Positions 24,785 to 37,018 are shown, numbered from the stretch's first letter. The stretch is 44,227 nucleotides of DNA from Chiloscyllium plagiosum (GCF_004010195.1 NC_057720.1:35468028-35512254), one strand, 5' to 3'. Made by a program: numbers and translations. Notes: generated by a model not told the origin, from the letters alone.

Positions 24785-25688
24785 TTGAAGCGGGTTCAGA
24801 AAAATTTTACAAGAATGTAGCCTGAACTGGAGGGTTTGATTTATAAGGAGAGGCTGGATAGTCTAGGACTTCTTTTCCACTGGACTGTAGGAGGTTGAAG
24901 ATTGATCTTAGAAGTTTAGAAAATCATGAGGGTCCTAGATAAAGTGACTAACAAAAGTCATTTCCCCAGGGTAGGGGATTTCAAAACTGGAAGGCATAAC
25001 TTTACAGTGAGAAGAGAAGGATTTCAAAGGGACATATGCGGCAACTTTTTCATTAAGACAGTGGTTCATATCTGGAATGAACTGCCAGAGGAAGTCTTAT
25101 GAGGAAAGGCTGAGAGACTTGGGTCTGTTCTCATTGGAAAGGAGGCGGTGAAGAGGGGATTTGATAGAGACATACAAGATGATCAGAGAATCAGATAGGG
25201 TAGACAGTCAAAGTCTTTTTTCTAGTATGATGACATCAGCTTCTACGAGGGAAGATAGCTCCAAATTGAGGGGTGATGGATTTAAGACAAATGTCAGAGG
25301 CAGGTTCTTTACTCAGAGAGTGGTAAGGGCGTGGAATGCCCTGCCTGCCAATGTAGTTAACTCAGCCACATTTGGGAGATTTAAACAATCCTTGGATAAG
25401 CATATGGATGAAGATGGGGTAGTGTAAGGGGATGGGCTTAGATTAGTTCACAAGTCGGCACAACATCAAGGGCCGAAGGGCCTGTTCTGCGCTACATTGT
25501 TCTATGTTCTAAGTGGTATATAAAGTACAGTTAGAACATTTAAAAATATTTGGGTTGGTACTTAAATAGGAAAGATTTAGAGGGACATTGGCTAAATGCA
25601 GGCAAGTATGGCTAGTTTAGTTTGCAAAACCTGGTCGGCATGGACAAGTTGAACTGAAGGGTCTGTTTTTGAGCTGTATGACTCCATG
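24785..25688 (+). mobile_element. CR1 3' fragment hosting a second CR1
   Basis: The host reads ...tggaatgaactgccagaggaagt, resumes aagtggta at 25511 and ends in the CR1 3' UTR gaagggtctgttt...ctgtatgactc. Confidence 0.85.
25096..25510 (+). mobile_element. Nested CR1 3' fragment
   Basis: ORF 25161-25427 contains IETYKMIR...GRFFTQRVVRAWNALP. Tail tgttctatgttct and duplication aagt. Confidence 0.88.
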
Positions 25689-26539
25689 TTGCCATGTTGT
25701 TGTATCAATTATTCAACAGTGGAATTTGTCATTTTGTTTTCACTGCCTACTATTGTCAAACTACATCTGCTTCAGATTTGACCTGGATCTGAATCCAGTC
25801 CTTCTCACTGATATGTAGCTAATACTGAATTTCTGGATTATTCTCATCCATGAAAAGAAATCTAATTTGAAACTTTAATTTGTTTGGAAATGCTTGAACA
25901 GTCTCTGGATATGCATAGGTTTAGCATTTGTACATAAGCCCATCTTGAATTTCAAATTACAGAGCATCCATCTCAGCCAGAAAAGAGGCACCATGTTAAA
26001 TTCTCTGAAACAAATAAATTTATTTTGTTTAGATGCCCAATTGAATAAAATTCTTGCAGATTTAACTTCTGACATTGTAAATGCAGTCTATTTAAAGCTG
26101 TCTTTTTAACCTTCAACCATCACAAATAGCAAACAGCTAAGACATGGGTCACTTAGTGGTAAAAAACAAAGTAATGCAGCAGTTCCTTGTTTTTTCGACA
26201 TTCTTTCACAGAATGTGACAAGTAATTCAGGTGCCGATCTTGACTGACACCTCTATAAGTCCCTGACACTACCAGAGACAAACTTCCCCATCAATCACAC
26301 TCTACCTATCAGGACTGCTTAACCAGCTTCTGAACTGCTGAAAGAGGAAGCAAAAGGCCTGTGATGCAGTAACCCAATCCAGTTCTGTCAAATATATCCC
26401 AAATCCCAGAAGGCCAAAGCTTCTGCCCAACTAATTAACATTAAGTGTTGAAAGAGAGGGGAAGGTGGAATTTCTAAGTGCTGAGTTGTTAATAAGCCTT
26501 AAATTTTACAAATGTGAGTTACCCCAAAAGACAACACAA

Positions 26540-26960
26540 CTAATAATGTAAGGCCCTGACTGCTAACCCAAAAGAAAATCACTGTTAATTTAATCAATTG
26601 ATCAGTTCATTGATTTGAAGTCAAGACGGCTAGTTAACCATGCAGAGCAAAAACCCACGATTGCATGACCGCAGAAAGCTGTCATTGATTTTTCCACCTG
26701 CCACTCAGTGCACATCCTGAATAGAATTGCAACTTTGTGCAAAGGGGAGCTAGGGGTTTCAAAGTTAAATTAGTTACAGATGCAATCAGGGTGTCTTCTG
26801 TAAACTCTATTGATTGAACAGCTGACAGTCCAACACGAACAACTCAGCTAGTCAATCGCCTCAGATGTCACCTGCCACTTTGCTGAATAGTTGACAATGC
26901 AATTATCTGGTGTGGAGGTAAGAAGTTGCGTGTGTCAAATGCAGTTAGCCCCCATAAGTT
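26540..26960. promoter_or_regulatory. Candidate conserved non-coding enhancer
   Basis: Cluster of MEIS CTGTCA (26679) and TGACAG (26823), PBX-like TGATTGA (26811), TCF TTCAAAG (26758) and E-boxes CACCTG (26695, 26869). Conservation not tested. Confidence 0.35.
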
Positions 26961-27464
26961 GCAGCTCAAATGGCCTATAAAGTGTATGTATTTATATGTA
27001 TGCAAGCTGTGTGTTTAGCAAGATCTACAAGATGTCATTTGCTTTCAAACTAGAATACATGGATGCCTTAAAAAGATACCATTAGAAGAAAAGTTTGGGC
27101 AAGGTCATTCTGGCTGAACATAGATACAAAATTTAAAACAAAAATAATCAATGATATTTAGGTGAGGTGATAATAAGTAATTATAAAGTCCACATTTCCA
27201 TGCTCAATTTGTTGAAATTATTTTATGGCAATGGTCTCAGTATTCATTATTCCCTTTTCAGACTGAGCTGATAATTATTTAAGCACGTATTAACAACAGA
27301 ATGGACATTTTACTAGACTGAACAGTTGAGGAAAGATCATTAAGCTGAAACATTAACTCTTTTTCGCTCTGTAAAAATCCTACTGATGTGTTGAGTATTT
27401 CTAAGATTTTCTGTTATTATTTCAACTATGTATTTATGGAATGTCACAGTAAAAACAAAAGCTG

Positions 27465-29920
27465 CTGTGAATATTAGCATCGCTGCCAAGCCTTGCATTT
27501 ATTACCCATCAATAAATGCTCCTGAGAAGATGGTGATGCGCTGTTTTTTTGAACTGTACTATTCTATATATGGAGGTAAGTTGTTAGGGAGGGAGGTTCA
27601 GGAATTTGACATAGTTGCAGTGAAGAAATAGTGATATAATTCAAAGTCAGGATGGTTGTGGCTTGGAGGAGAACCTGCAAGTGGTGATACTTCCATGTGA
27701 CTGCTGCCCTTGTTATCATAGGTGGTAAAATGTCACAGGTTTGAAACAACCTTGGTGAGTTGCTGCAGCAAACCCTGCAGATAATACACACTGTTGCCTC
27801 CACTGCAGGATTTAAATGTTAACATTAGTGAATGGAATGCTGACTAAGTGGGCTGTGTCTTGGAAAGAGACTGTGCTCTTGCCTTTCAGGATGGAGTGGT
27901 CAAGGGTTTAGAAGATGCTGTCGAAGGATTTTTGGTTCTGCGGTATATATTATAGATGAGATTAGATTCCCTACAGTGTGGAAACAGGCCCCTTCAGCCC
28001 AACAAGTCCATACCGACCCACCGAAGAGCAACCCACCCAGTCCCATTCCCCTAATTAGTACTACAGGCAATTTAGTATGGCCAATTCACCTAACCTGCAC
28101 ATCCTTGGAATGTGGAAGGAAACCGGAGCATCTGGAGGAAACCCACACAGACACGGGGAGAATATGCAAACTCCATACAGACAATTGCCCGAGGCGGGAA
28201 TTGAACCCGGGTCCCTGGCGTTGTGAGGCAGCAGTGCTAACAACTGAGTCACCATGCTGCCCCAAAGATTACACACAATGTTGCAAATTAAGATCGGTGG
28301 AGGGGGGAGTGGATGCTTGTGGTTGTGCTGCTAATCAAGTGAACTACTTTGTTTTGGATAGTATCAAGTTTTTTTTGAGTTGGAGCTGCACTGAACCAAG
28401 CATGTGAGGAGTATTCTATCCACTCCTGATTTGTGCTTTGTAGATGATTTTCAGGCTTTGGGGAGTAAAGAGATGAATTATTTGCCACAGTATTCTTAGT
28501 CTCTGACCTGCTCATATAGCCACTGTATTTATGTGGCAAATCCAATTGAATTTCTGATCAATGGTAACCCACAGGATAATTAGGGATTCAGTGATGCTCA
28601 TTGCCTGGCATTTGTGTGACTTGAAAACTACTCGTCACTTGTCAGCCCAAGCGTGGATAGTGTCCAGGTCTTATTGCATTTGAACGTGGGCTACTTTAGC
28701 ATCTGAGAAGTTGTGAATGTAGCTGAACACAGTGTAATCATAGTGAACTTCTTACTTGATGATGGAGGGATGGTCATTGATGAAACAGCTGAAGACAGTT
28801 GGGCCCAGGACAAATCCTGAGGAACTTCTGCAGCGATGTCTGATCTCCAAAAACCACAACCATCTTCCTATGTGCTAGATATGACACTGACCGGCAGACA
28901 GTTTGTCCCCTGATTCTCATCAATGCCATTTTGCGAGGGCTCCTTTAGGCCACACATGATTGAATGTAGCCTTCATATCCAGGGCTATCACTCTCACATC
29001 ACCTCTGCAATTCATCACTTCCAAGGCTGTACTGAAGTCAGGAGCTGAGTGGCCTAGCAGAACCCAAATTGGGCATCAGTGAGCAGGTGTTGCTTGATAG
29101 CACTGTTGATGACACGTTCTGTCGCTTTACAGATAATCAAGAGTAGTTTGACGGAGCAGTAATTGGCCATGCTGAACTTGTCCAGGACAATGTCCTCTGC
29201 TTTTCATGTACAGCATATACCTGGACAATTTTCCACAATGTCAGTTAAATACCATTGTTGTAACTGTACTGGAAGTGATGGCGAGGAGAGCAGTACATTC
29301 TGGAAGACAAGTCTTTGGGACTATTTCCAGAATGTTGTCAGAGCCCATAGCTTTTGCAGCATCCAGTGCTTCCAACTGTTTCTTGATACAACTTGGAATG
29401 AATTGACATGGTCTCACTAAGGCAAACGATGGACTGATATCAAGGGCAGTCATTCTCATTGAATCTCTGAAGTTTAGTTATTTTATCCATACCTGGACGA
29501 AGGCTGCAGAGATTTGGAGTCAAGTAGTCCTTACAGAATACAGAGGACTACTGAGCAGGTTATTGCTGAATAAGTGCTTTTTGAAAGCTTTGTCAAGGAT
29601 ACCATGAAGCATTTTCTGGATGAATGTAGTTAGATTGATGGGGCAATAATTGCCAAAATTTAACCTGCCCTTCTTTTTTTTTGGACCTGCATTATTAGGT
29701 AAATGCCACTTTTGCAGCTGTTTTGGAACAGCTGGGTTAAGTTATTGCTCTGGAGCACCAGTCTTCAATACTACAGCCAAGATGTCATCAAGGCCATAAC
29801 TTTTGTTGTATTTAGTGCCTTCATCAGTTTCTTGATTTCACACGGAGTAAACTAATTGGCTGAAGATTGACAATAGGAATGCTATGGACCTCAGAGGCAG
29901 CCAAGATGGATTATCCCTTC
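27465..29920 (-). mobile_element. RTE-X/L4-like LINE, long degenerate copy or copies, with a SINE insertion
   Basis: Minus-strand peptides EYSSHAWFSAAPTQKKLDTIQNKVVHLI and IKKQLEALDAAKAMGSDNI..KTC. The family 3' tail is at about 27465-27545. Confidence 0.7.
27958..28263 (-). mobile_element. HE1-type (V-SINE) shark SINE
   Basis: The reverse complement reads gggcagcatggtgactcagttgttagcactgctgcctcac...gggttcaattccc...V-domain...gaaggggcctgtttccacactgtagggaatctaatct. Confidence 0.9.
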
Positions 29921-30004
29921 AGTTCTTTTGACATTCACCTTAAGTAACTGGTCCTCTCATTCTTGAAACTTCTGTCATTTTTTTACACTCGCAATGCTGT
30001 GTGG

Positions 30005-30150
30005 TCAACATTTATTGCCTATCCCTAGTTGCCCTTGAGGTGGTTGTAGTGAGATGCTTTCTTGAACTGCTGCAGTCCATATGTTGAAGACCCACCATGC
30101 TGTTACGGAGGAAATTCCAGGATTTTGACCCAGCAACAGTGAAGAAATGA
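30005..30150 (-). mobile_element. RTE-X/L4-like 3' tail
   Basis: catttattgcctatccctagttgcccttgag is the reverse complement of the family tail. Confidence 0.6.
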
Positions 30151-30266
30151 CTGGAACAGTTTTTTCTCCATCTACTCTGGCAAATCTCTCATTATTTTTG
30201 AACATTTCAGTTAAATCTTTTCTCAGCCTACTCTTCCTGAAGGAAAATAACCCCAGCTTTTTGAAG

Positions 30267-30358
30267 GTAAAAACAATGACTGCAGATGCTGGAAACCAGA
30301 TTCTGGATCAGTGATGCTACCTGAACTGCTGTGCTCTTCCAGCACCACTGATCCAGAA
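30267..30358 (-). mobile_element. 92-bp Penelope terminal derivative: 34-nt tail plus short inverted repeat, 15-bp TSD
   Basis: Perfect flanking repeat cccagctttttgaag at 30252-30266 and 30359-30373. Arms ttctggatcagtg and cactgatccagaa. Confidence 0.8.
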
Positions 30359-31074
30359 CCCAGCTTTTTGAAGCCTACCACCACTCTCTTCACTGTATAC
30401 AATACATCCAAGTTTTGTCATCCACAGATTCTGAAATTGCATTCTGCTCTTCCAGTTCTAGGTCATTATTATATATCAAGCAAGCAACAATTTTGATACT
30501 GATCCTTTTCCATATCTTTCTCCAGACAGAAAAAAAACAGCTTCACCACCATTCGGCAACACACATGGGGCTCGCTACGTTGCCACAAAGCTAAAAAGGT
30601 GCTCTGTCTACCACAAAGATGTGTAACATTACACATGATTTTCAGTGCTATTGTAATGTCTGGCATGCAGACATGCATTCCAAAGACCAGCCGAGTGTAC
30701 TGAACAGCATATCCTCTTGGCTATTCATACCAAGCAAAGTACTGACTATTTTCAACCAGCAAGTGCATGTAAAATTCACAATACTAAGGTCCAATATTCC
30801 CTGTGCTTCTGCAGTAGGATAATGCTTGCTAAGTAATTCGAAGTGTACAAAGCATTGTACTAACAGCCAATTTTGGATTGCAGCTTTTCAGTGTAACCCA
30901 CTGATGTACTGGAAGGTCCTTATTGTAATACGCGAGATCCTGTTCTGTGCAGACAGAAAGAACATACTGCATTTGTTTCAATTCAAAAAGTTAAGCGATA
31001 GGCATTCTTTGATTCATTTCTCAGGGCAATGTCTTGACCAAGAATCAACCTGTCTGGTTTAAAACATAACCAAA

Positions 31075-31597
31075 ACTTGGTTCCTGGTCAAGCAAAGTCT
31101 TGATTTTGAAATTCTAGTCGCTGTGTTCAAATCCCTCCACAACCTTGCCACTCCATATCTCTAATTTCTTCCAGCCCACTTATGCTTTTCTAATACTGGC
31201 ATCTAGTGAATCTCCAATTTTAATTATTCCACCATTGATGGCCATACTTTCTTTGTCAAGGTCCCAAACTCTGGAATACTCTCTCCAAATCTGTATGTTC
31301 CACTATTTTGCTTTCCTCCTTTTAAATACTACTTAAAATCTACCTCTTTGACCAAGCTTTCAATCATCTTATCTATTATCTCCTTACGTAACCCAATATC
31401 AGCTTTGACAAAGGGTCAGTTAGACTCGAAATGTCCGCTCTTTTCTCTCCCTACAGTTGCTGCAAGACTTGCTGAGATTTTCCAGCATTTTCTCGTTTTT
31501 GGTTCCAATATTATTAGTTGTCTTATAATACTCCTCTGAAACAGCTTTGAACATCTCATTACATTGAGGTGCGAGGTAAATCCAAGTTCTTGGTGCT
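31075..31597 (+). mobile_element. L2-like LINE 3' end, interrupted at about 31400-31505 by a Penelope terminal fragment
   Basis: Motifs gattttgaaattctagtcgctgtgttcaaatccctccac (F.IL..VFKSLH), ctctggaatactctc (LWNTL) and cttaaaatctacctcttt (LK.YLF). The insert has a decayed tgacaaagggtc..gactcgaaatgtc motif. Confidence 0.6.
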
Positions 31598-33144
31598 GGC
31601 CTAGAGGTAGGTTTCTATTAATTCATTTACAATTTATTCACTAAAATATATCACTCACACTGATTTGAATTTACATTTAATAGTTTTATGTTCATTAAAG
31701 TGAGAGGTGGTAGTGCTGGTGATTGGAACATTTATTTCAAGCATTTAATGCTACCATGAAACTCTACTCTAACATAACCATATGACTCAGCCTCAGCTTC
31801 AGAATCCTTCAGAACACCAATGACCTTTTTATTTTCAATCCTCCACACCAGTTTTAAGTTTGTTCTTGGCATGAGATATTAATACTGAATTAGATGAAGG
31901 TTTCTGTGTTAGGCCATATCCACATGGAATGGATTTGATCACCCAAATTGTTATATGTAGATCCCTTAGAAGCAACCTTATTCAACAGCACAAAAGCCAA
32001 ATGGTAGATGGAGTTAAGATACAGATTAGCTTTGAAGTAAATAAATGGCAGAACAAGCTCTGATCACAAAATGTCCCACTCCTGTTCCTATGCTTCTATG
32101 TCTTATCTTTGTAGGCAATTGAATCTAGGCTCAAGGGTTGCAAATACAGTGTCTAATTCACTACACTTCGAAGTTCTAAGCTTTGCTTTATAAGGTACAT
32201 TTTCACATCTTACAACTCAAAGCACTTCATGCAGGAGATAAGCCAGACTATTAAATGAACAAGTGTAAACTATTTATTTCAGATCAAAAGAAGTGAAAAA
32301 GGCTAGCTGGCATACAAAATAAAATTAGATCTCAGGATCTCAAATATACATAAACATTAAAAAAACTTCATTCCCATCTATTCTAAAGGACAACACCTTC
32401 AATAATTCATTGGAAGAGCGAGGTTATGTGTCAAGTCTGAGAATAAGTTTTGAGCAACATAACTTTTGAGTTTTACTAAATGAGATCAGTGGAACTGTAC
32501 TACTGTTGGTGAATAGAATTGTCCATCTCAAGCAGCTCATGAATTACACTGCAACAGGAAGAACGGCATTCTAAAAATGTAACATTTCATATTAGACAGG
32601 TCCAAGTATAAGTTTCTAGTATATTTCATCCTAGTCAAGTAGTTTGCATTATATACAACACTGGGAATTTTGAATTTCACATCCTTTGAAAGGAAAAGAC
32701 AGAGCTAACTGGAACTTGAATATTTGGCGAAAAGTTTGCTGGATTCTCTCTTCCTTTGAGCATGCGGTAGTTCAGTACTGGTTCCACATTGGCTCATTCT
32801 AAATTCCATATGCTTCAAAATTACCTATTGAATGTAAAGCAATACATGTGACATTGTCAAGATTTCAATTTTAGCAGTCTACCTATTATTCCCTAACTAT
32901 AAAGAGATTGAACTTCGCATTGTCAGATAATGTGTCTCTTTTCTTCCCACTCAACTTACCCAACCTCGGTTATCTCATCCAGCACAAGCAAGAATCAATC
33001 CACTTCAACACAGGAGATTAATACTGATCATTATTTGTTAACACCACTGCAAATGATATTATAAAGATTCTTGATTTGTGCTATTTCTGGAAAAATCAAA
33101 GGTATTTTAATGCAAAATTTTATTACAAATGGGAAGAATAGGAA

Positions 33145-33719
33145 ATCTTCCCATTAGGATTCCAACATTATAACCACCCCTTCCCAACTCAACCCCATCA
33201 GGTGGCACGGTGGCTCAGTGGTTAGCACTGCTGCCTCACAGCACCAGGGTCCAGGTTCGATTCCGGCCTCAGGTGACTGTCTGTGTGGAGTTTGCATATT
33301 CTCCCCATGTCTGCGTGGGTTTCCTCCGGGCACTCCGGTTTCCTCGTGTAGGCCAGGTGGATTGGCCATGCTAATTTGCCCATAGCGTTAGATGCATTAG
33401 CCAGAGGGAAATGGGTCTGGATGGGTAACTCTTCGGAGGGTTGATGTGGACTTGTTGGACTGAAGGGCCTGTTTCCACACGGAAGGGAATCTAAAAAAAT
33501 CTAATCTAACCAATAAACTTGTGCCAAAGGAATCTCAAATCCTAAGACCCTCTATCAGAAGTTTCCAAAATAATTTTGTTTGACTATAGTGTTAACTGAT
33601 GAGACAGTCACCCGAGGCCAGAAGTGAACCTGGGACCCTGATGCTATGAGGTACCGTGCCGCCCGATGGGGTTGAGTTGGGAAGGGGTGGTTATAATGTT
33701 GGAATCCTAATTGGAAGAT
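33145..33719. repeat. Inverted duplication (arms about 33145-33280 and 33602-33719)
   Basis: atcttcccattaggattccaacattataaccaccccttcccaactcaaccccatc recurs reverse-complemented at 33665-33719 with 1 mismatch in 55, and the match continues into a SINE head. Confidence 0.92.
33200..33509 (+). mobile_element. HE1-type (V-SINE) shark SINE
   Basis: A box tggctcagtgg, B box ggttcgattcc, V-domain tctgcgtgggtttcctccggg and a CR1-like tail gaagggcctgtttccacac...aatcta. Confidence 0.92.
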
Positions 33720-34009
33720 GATGAACTATAAAAGCCACTTCATATCCCTTGTATATATTAAATGTTCAATACCAAGTCTTACAGAGTGAATAAGGCAAAC
33801 TAAGCAAAGCTGAAATTATAACGTCTTTTAAGTTTCCAATTTTCAATTGAAATGGTAATACAGATTTGTTCAAACCTTGACTTTAAAATTATTAAAACCA
33901 CACTCAGCTTGTAAACTGCTTTGTTCAGTGGAGATTTTGCAAGATTTTTCATTTTGTTCTGAACCTGAAATGTGAAACAATTTTCTTATAAACTTCAATC
34001 ATCTTCAAA

Positions 34010-34086
34010 TCTACACAGCAGAGCAGCGTTATTTCAAAAAGCCCAGCAGAGGTCTGTACAAGATTCTTGCCAACCGCTCACTCGCA

Positions 34087-34121
<35 letters not shown>

Positions 34122-34530
34122 GTTGTCCGGACAGTTTTCCTTACCTCGCGTTATCACTTGCTTTAAACAGACTTGGCAGGCAATCTAATCCTCCCTGAAA
34201 AGGTCAGTGCCATTTTAACTGCCTTTCAATCACATTATGCATGGTGCAGCACGCGTTCTCTGCGATGCCTCCAGCTCTTGTCTAGACTGGATCAATACCT
34301 GAGCGATATCACTAGAGGAATGACACATGATGCCAATCGACCCAAAATCCCTAAATGGAACTGAACAGAAGGGAACAACTAGCCGCCTCTGACCTATCGC
34401 TACCTAATCTACTTAGTCCCATCTGCTCAGGCCGAAATAACAACCGAAGATTTCCTCAGTCAGTGGTTTGCAGCGAGTGGGGACTTGCTCAGGCAGAACA
34501 ATTCCACTCCCCCCCTCCACCCCCCAGCTT
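34010..34530 (-). promoter_or_regulatory. CpG-enriched island with a strong splice donor: candidate internal promoter or alternative exon
   Basis: Many CpGs in a CpG-depleted background, GAG|GTAAGG donor at 34145/34144, a G-rich tract at about 34509-34526 on the minus strand, and a GA microsatellite just downstream. Confidence 0.4.
34091..34118. repeat. (CT)14 microsatellite
   Basis: Read directly from the sequence. Confidence 0.95.
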
Positions 34531-35651
34531 TGAAGTCACATTACAAAGCAGGTATGAAAGCACAGTTTCAAACGTTTTCTGATGCCATCATTACTTTCTT
34601 ATCTCCTTGCTCATTCCACAGTTACTATAGTTCAATCTACAGCGTGTCAATAGTCTGCTATCTGAGCAGCCTCAGTTAGTTACTGTTCAAAGTCACTTTC
34701 CTTAAACTTCAGTGAATCATTTAAAGATGATAGTCCTGGTTTAGACTGAACCAATTCAATTTTTGGGTTAATGGATTTATTTTTTTTTCGAAAGTACATG
34801 ATACACAGAATAAGAACAGCTTTTTCAAAAAGATGCTGTAAATGTGAACAGATTTCAGATTTCACTCAGTCTTCAGTTATAACTATTGATATTCACTAGA
34901 TATCGCGATTATATCAAAACAACAATTTTATTTTCAAAAGTGTTCAAGAAGGGAATAATGAATAATGGAATGGTAGAAAACCAGAAAATGTCAATGCAGT
35001 TCTTTTAACCAATTTGTCATTTATAAAAATGCTACATCACACAATCTCTCTTACTCCTTTCCATGTTATTTTTTTGGCAAAAGCATTTCAGACTCTGATA
35101 CAAAGAATACCATATCACTGAAGAATTTTAAATGCTGCTTGTGGAACCAGGTCTACTAGCAGTTAATGCCTTTAGTAAAGGTGAAGAGACAAAAAAAAGT
35201 AGTCAGTAAATTCAGTTCCAAACACAATGATTATTGAGAAAATGCTTTTTTTTCCAAGCATGGGCTAGTGGATTTTATGCTCTTTGCTTAAAACAGAATG
35301 AACAACAAAAAGACAACACAGAGTACTGTGATTAGGAGAACGTAGCCAATCCTTAAAAGAAATGGAATTGTGACCAAATGACCTTACATATATTTTCTAT
35401 GAAATCGCCCTACACAAAATTTCATTCTTCAAAGGGAAAGCTTACTCAAAGTGAGCAATTTCCAAACACCAGGACACATGAGTATCAATGCACTGGTCAA
35501 CGAAGTGAAGCTACACAAATCTTTTCTACAGCAGTGCCTGTTCTTGAAATGGCTACAAAATGCCCATATATTCAAAAAGAATTACAACTTCTGTTTCAAG
35601 TTAAAAATCACACAACACCAGGTTATAGTCCAACAGGTTTAATTGGAAGCA

Positions 35652-35686
35652 CACTAGCTTTCGGAGCGACGGTCCTTCATCAGGTG
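35652..35686 (-). ncRNA. Minimal hammerhead ribozyme-like motif, left arm
   Basis: cac-CTGATGA-a-GGAcC-gtc-GcTCC-GAAA-gc-TA-gtg on the minus strand, with one stem II mismatch. Confidence 0.5.
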
Positions 35687-35983
35687 ATAGTGGAGGGCTC
35701 GATCGTAACACAGAATTTATAGCAAAAATTTACAGTGTGATGTAACTGAAATTATAATTGAAAAATTGATTGTCTGTTAAGCCTTTCATCTGTTAAAACA
35801 CAGTGATAGTTTCACTTCTTTCATGTGTAAATCACAAAACCTTTGTTTAAAAGTTGCATTCTCGGGTTAGCTGTTAACAATGGTGATAGCTAGACAATAT
35901 GTTGAAGGTGTTGGCCCCCGTGTTCTCTGTCTATGCCATGATGTTTAGATTGATTCTAATCTAAAAAGTGAGATAACAGAGTT

Positions 35984-36729
35984 NNNNNNNNNNNNNNNNN
36001 NNNNNNNNNNNNNNNNNNNNNNNNNNNNNNNNNNNNNNNNNNNNNNNNNNNNNNNNNNNNNNNNNNNNNNNNNNNNNNNNNNNNNNNNNNNNNNNNNNNN
36101 NNNNNNNNNNNNNNNNNNNNNNNNNNNNNNNNNNNNNNNNNNNNNNNNNNNNNNNNNNNNNNNNNNNNNNNNNNNNNNNNNNNNNNNNNNNNNNNNNNNN
36201 NNNNNNNNNNNNNNNNNNNNNNNNNNNNNNNNNNNNNNNNNNNNNNNNNNNNNNNNNNNNNNNNNNNNNNNNNNNNNNNNNNNNNNNNNNNNNNNNNNNN
36301 NNNNNNNNNNNNNNNNNNNNNNNNNNNNNNNNNNNNNNNNNNNNNNNNNNNNNNNNNNNNNNNNNNNNNNNNNNNNNNNNNNNNNNNNNNNNNNNNNNNN
36401 NNNNNNNNNNNNNNNNNNNNNNNNNNNNNNNNNNNNNNNNNNNNNNNNNNNNNNNNNNNNNNNNNNNNNNNNNNNNNNNNNNNNNNNNNNNNNNNNNNNN
36501 NNNNNNNNNNNNNNNNNNNNNNNNNNNNNNNNNNNNNNNNNNNNNNNNNNNNNNNNNNNNNNNNNNNNNNNNNNNNNNNNNNNNNNNNNNNNNNNNNNNN
36601 NNNNNNNNNNNNNNNNNNNNNNNNNNNNNNNNNNNNNNNNNNNNNNNNNNNNNNNNNNNNNNNNNNNNNNNNNNNNNNNNNNNNNNNNNNNNNNNNNNNN
36701 NNNNNNNNNNNNNNNNNNNNNNNNNNNNN
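35984..36729. other. Assembly gap (746 N)
   Basis: Run of N. Confidence 1.
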
Positions 36730-36983
36730 GGTCATAGACAGAGAACACAGGGGGCCAACACCTTCAACATATTGTCTAGCTATCACCATTGTTAACAGCT
36801 AACCCGAGAATGCAACTTTTAAACAAAGGTTTTGTGATTTACACATGAAAGAAGTGAAACTATCACTGTGTTCTAACAGATGAAAGGCTTAGCAGACAAC
36901 CAATTTTTCAATGTATAATTTCAGTTACATCACACTGCAAATTTTTGCTATAAATTCTGTGTTACGATCGAGCCCTTCACTAT

Positions 36984-37018
36984 CACCTGATGAAAGAGCT
37001 TCGCTCCGAAAGCTAGTG
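36984..37018 (+). ncRNA. Minimal hammerhead ribozyme-like motif, right arm
   Basis: cac-CTGATGA-aa-GAGC-ttc-GCTC-c-GAAA-gc-TA-gtg. Confidence 0.5.

Noticed and set aside
33200..33275. tRNA gene (A and B boxes)
   Set aside because: It is the tRNA-derived head of an HE1 SINE and continues into the V-domain.
35945..36789. Two long ORFs (267 and 277 aa) in the ORF track
   Set aside because: Artefacts of translating the N gap.
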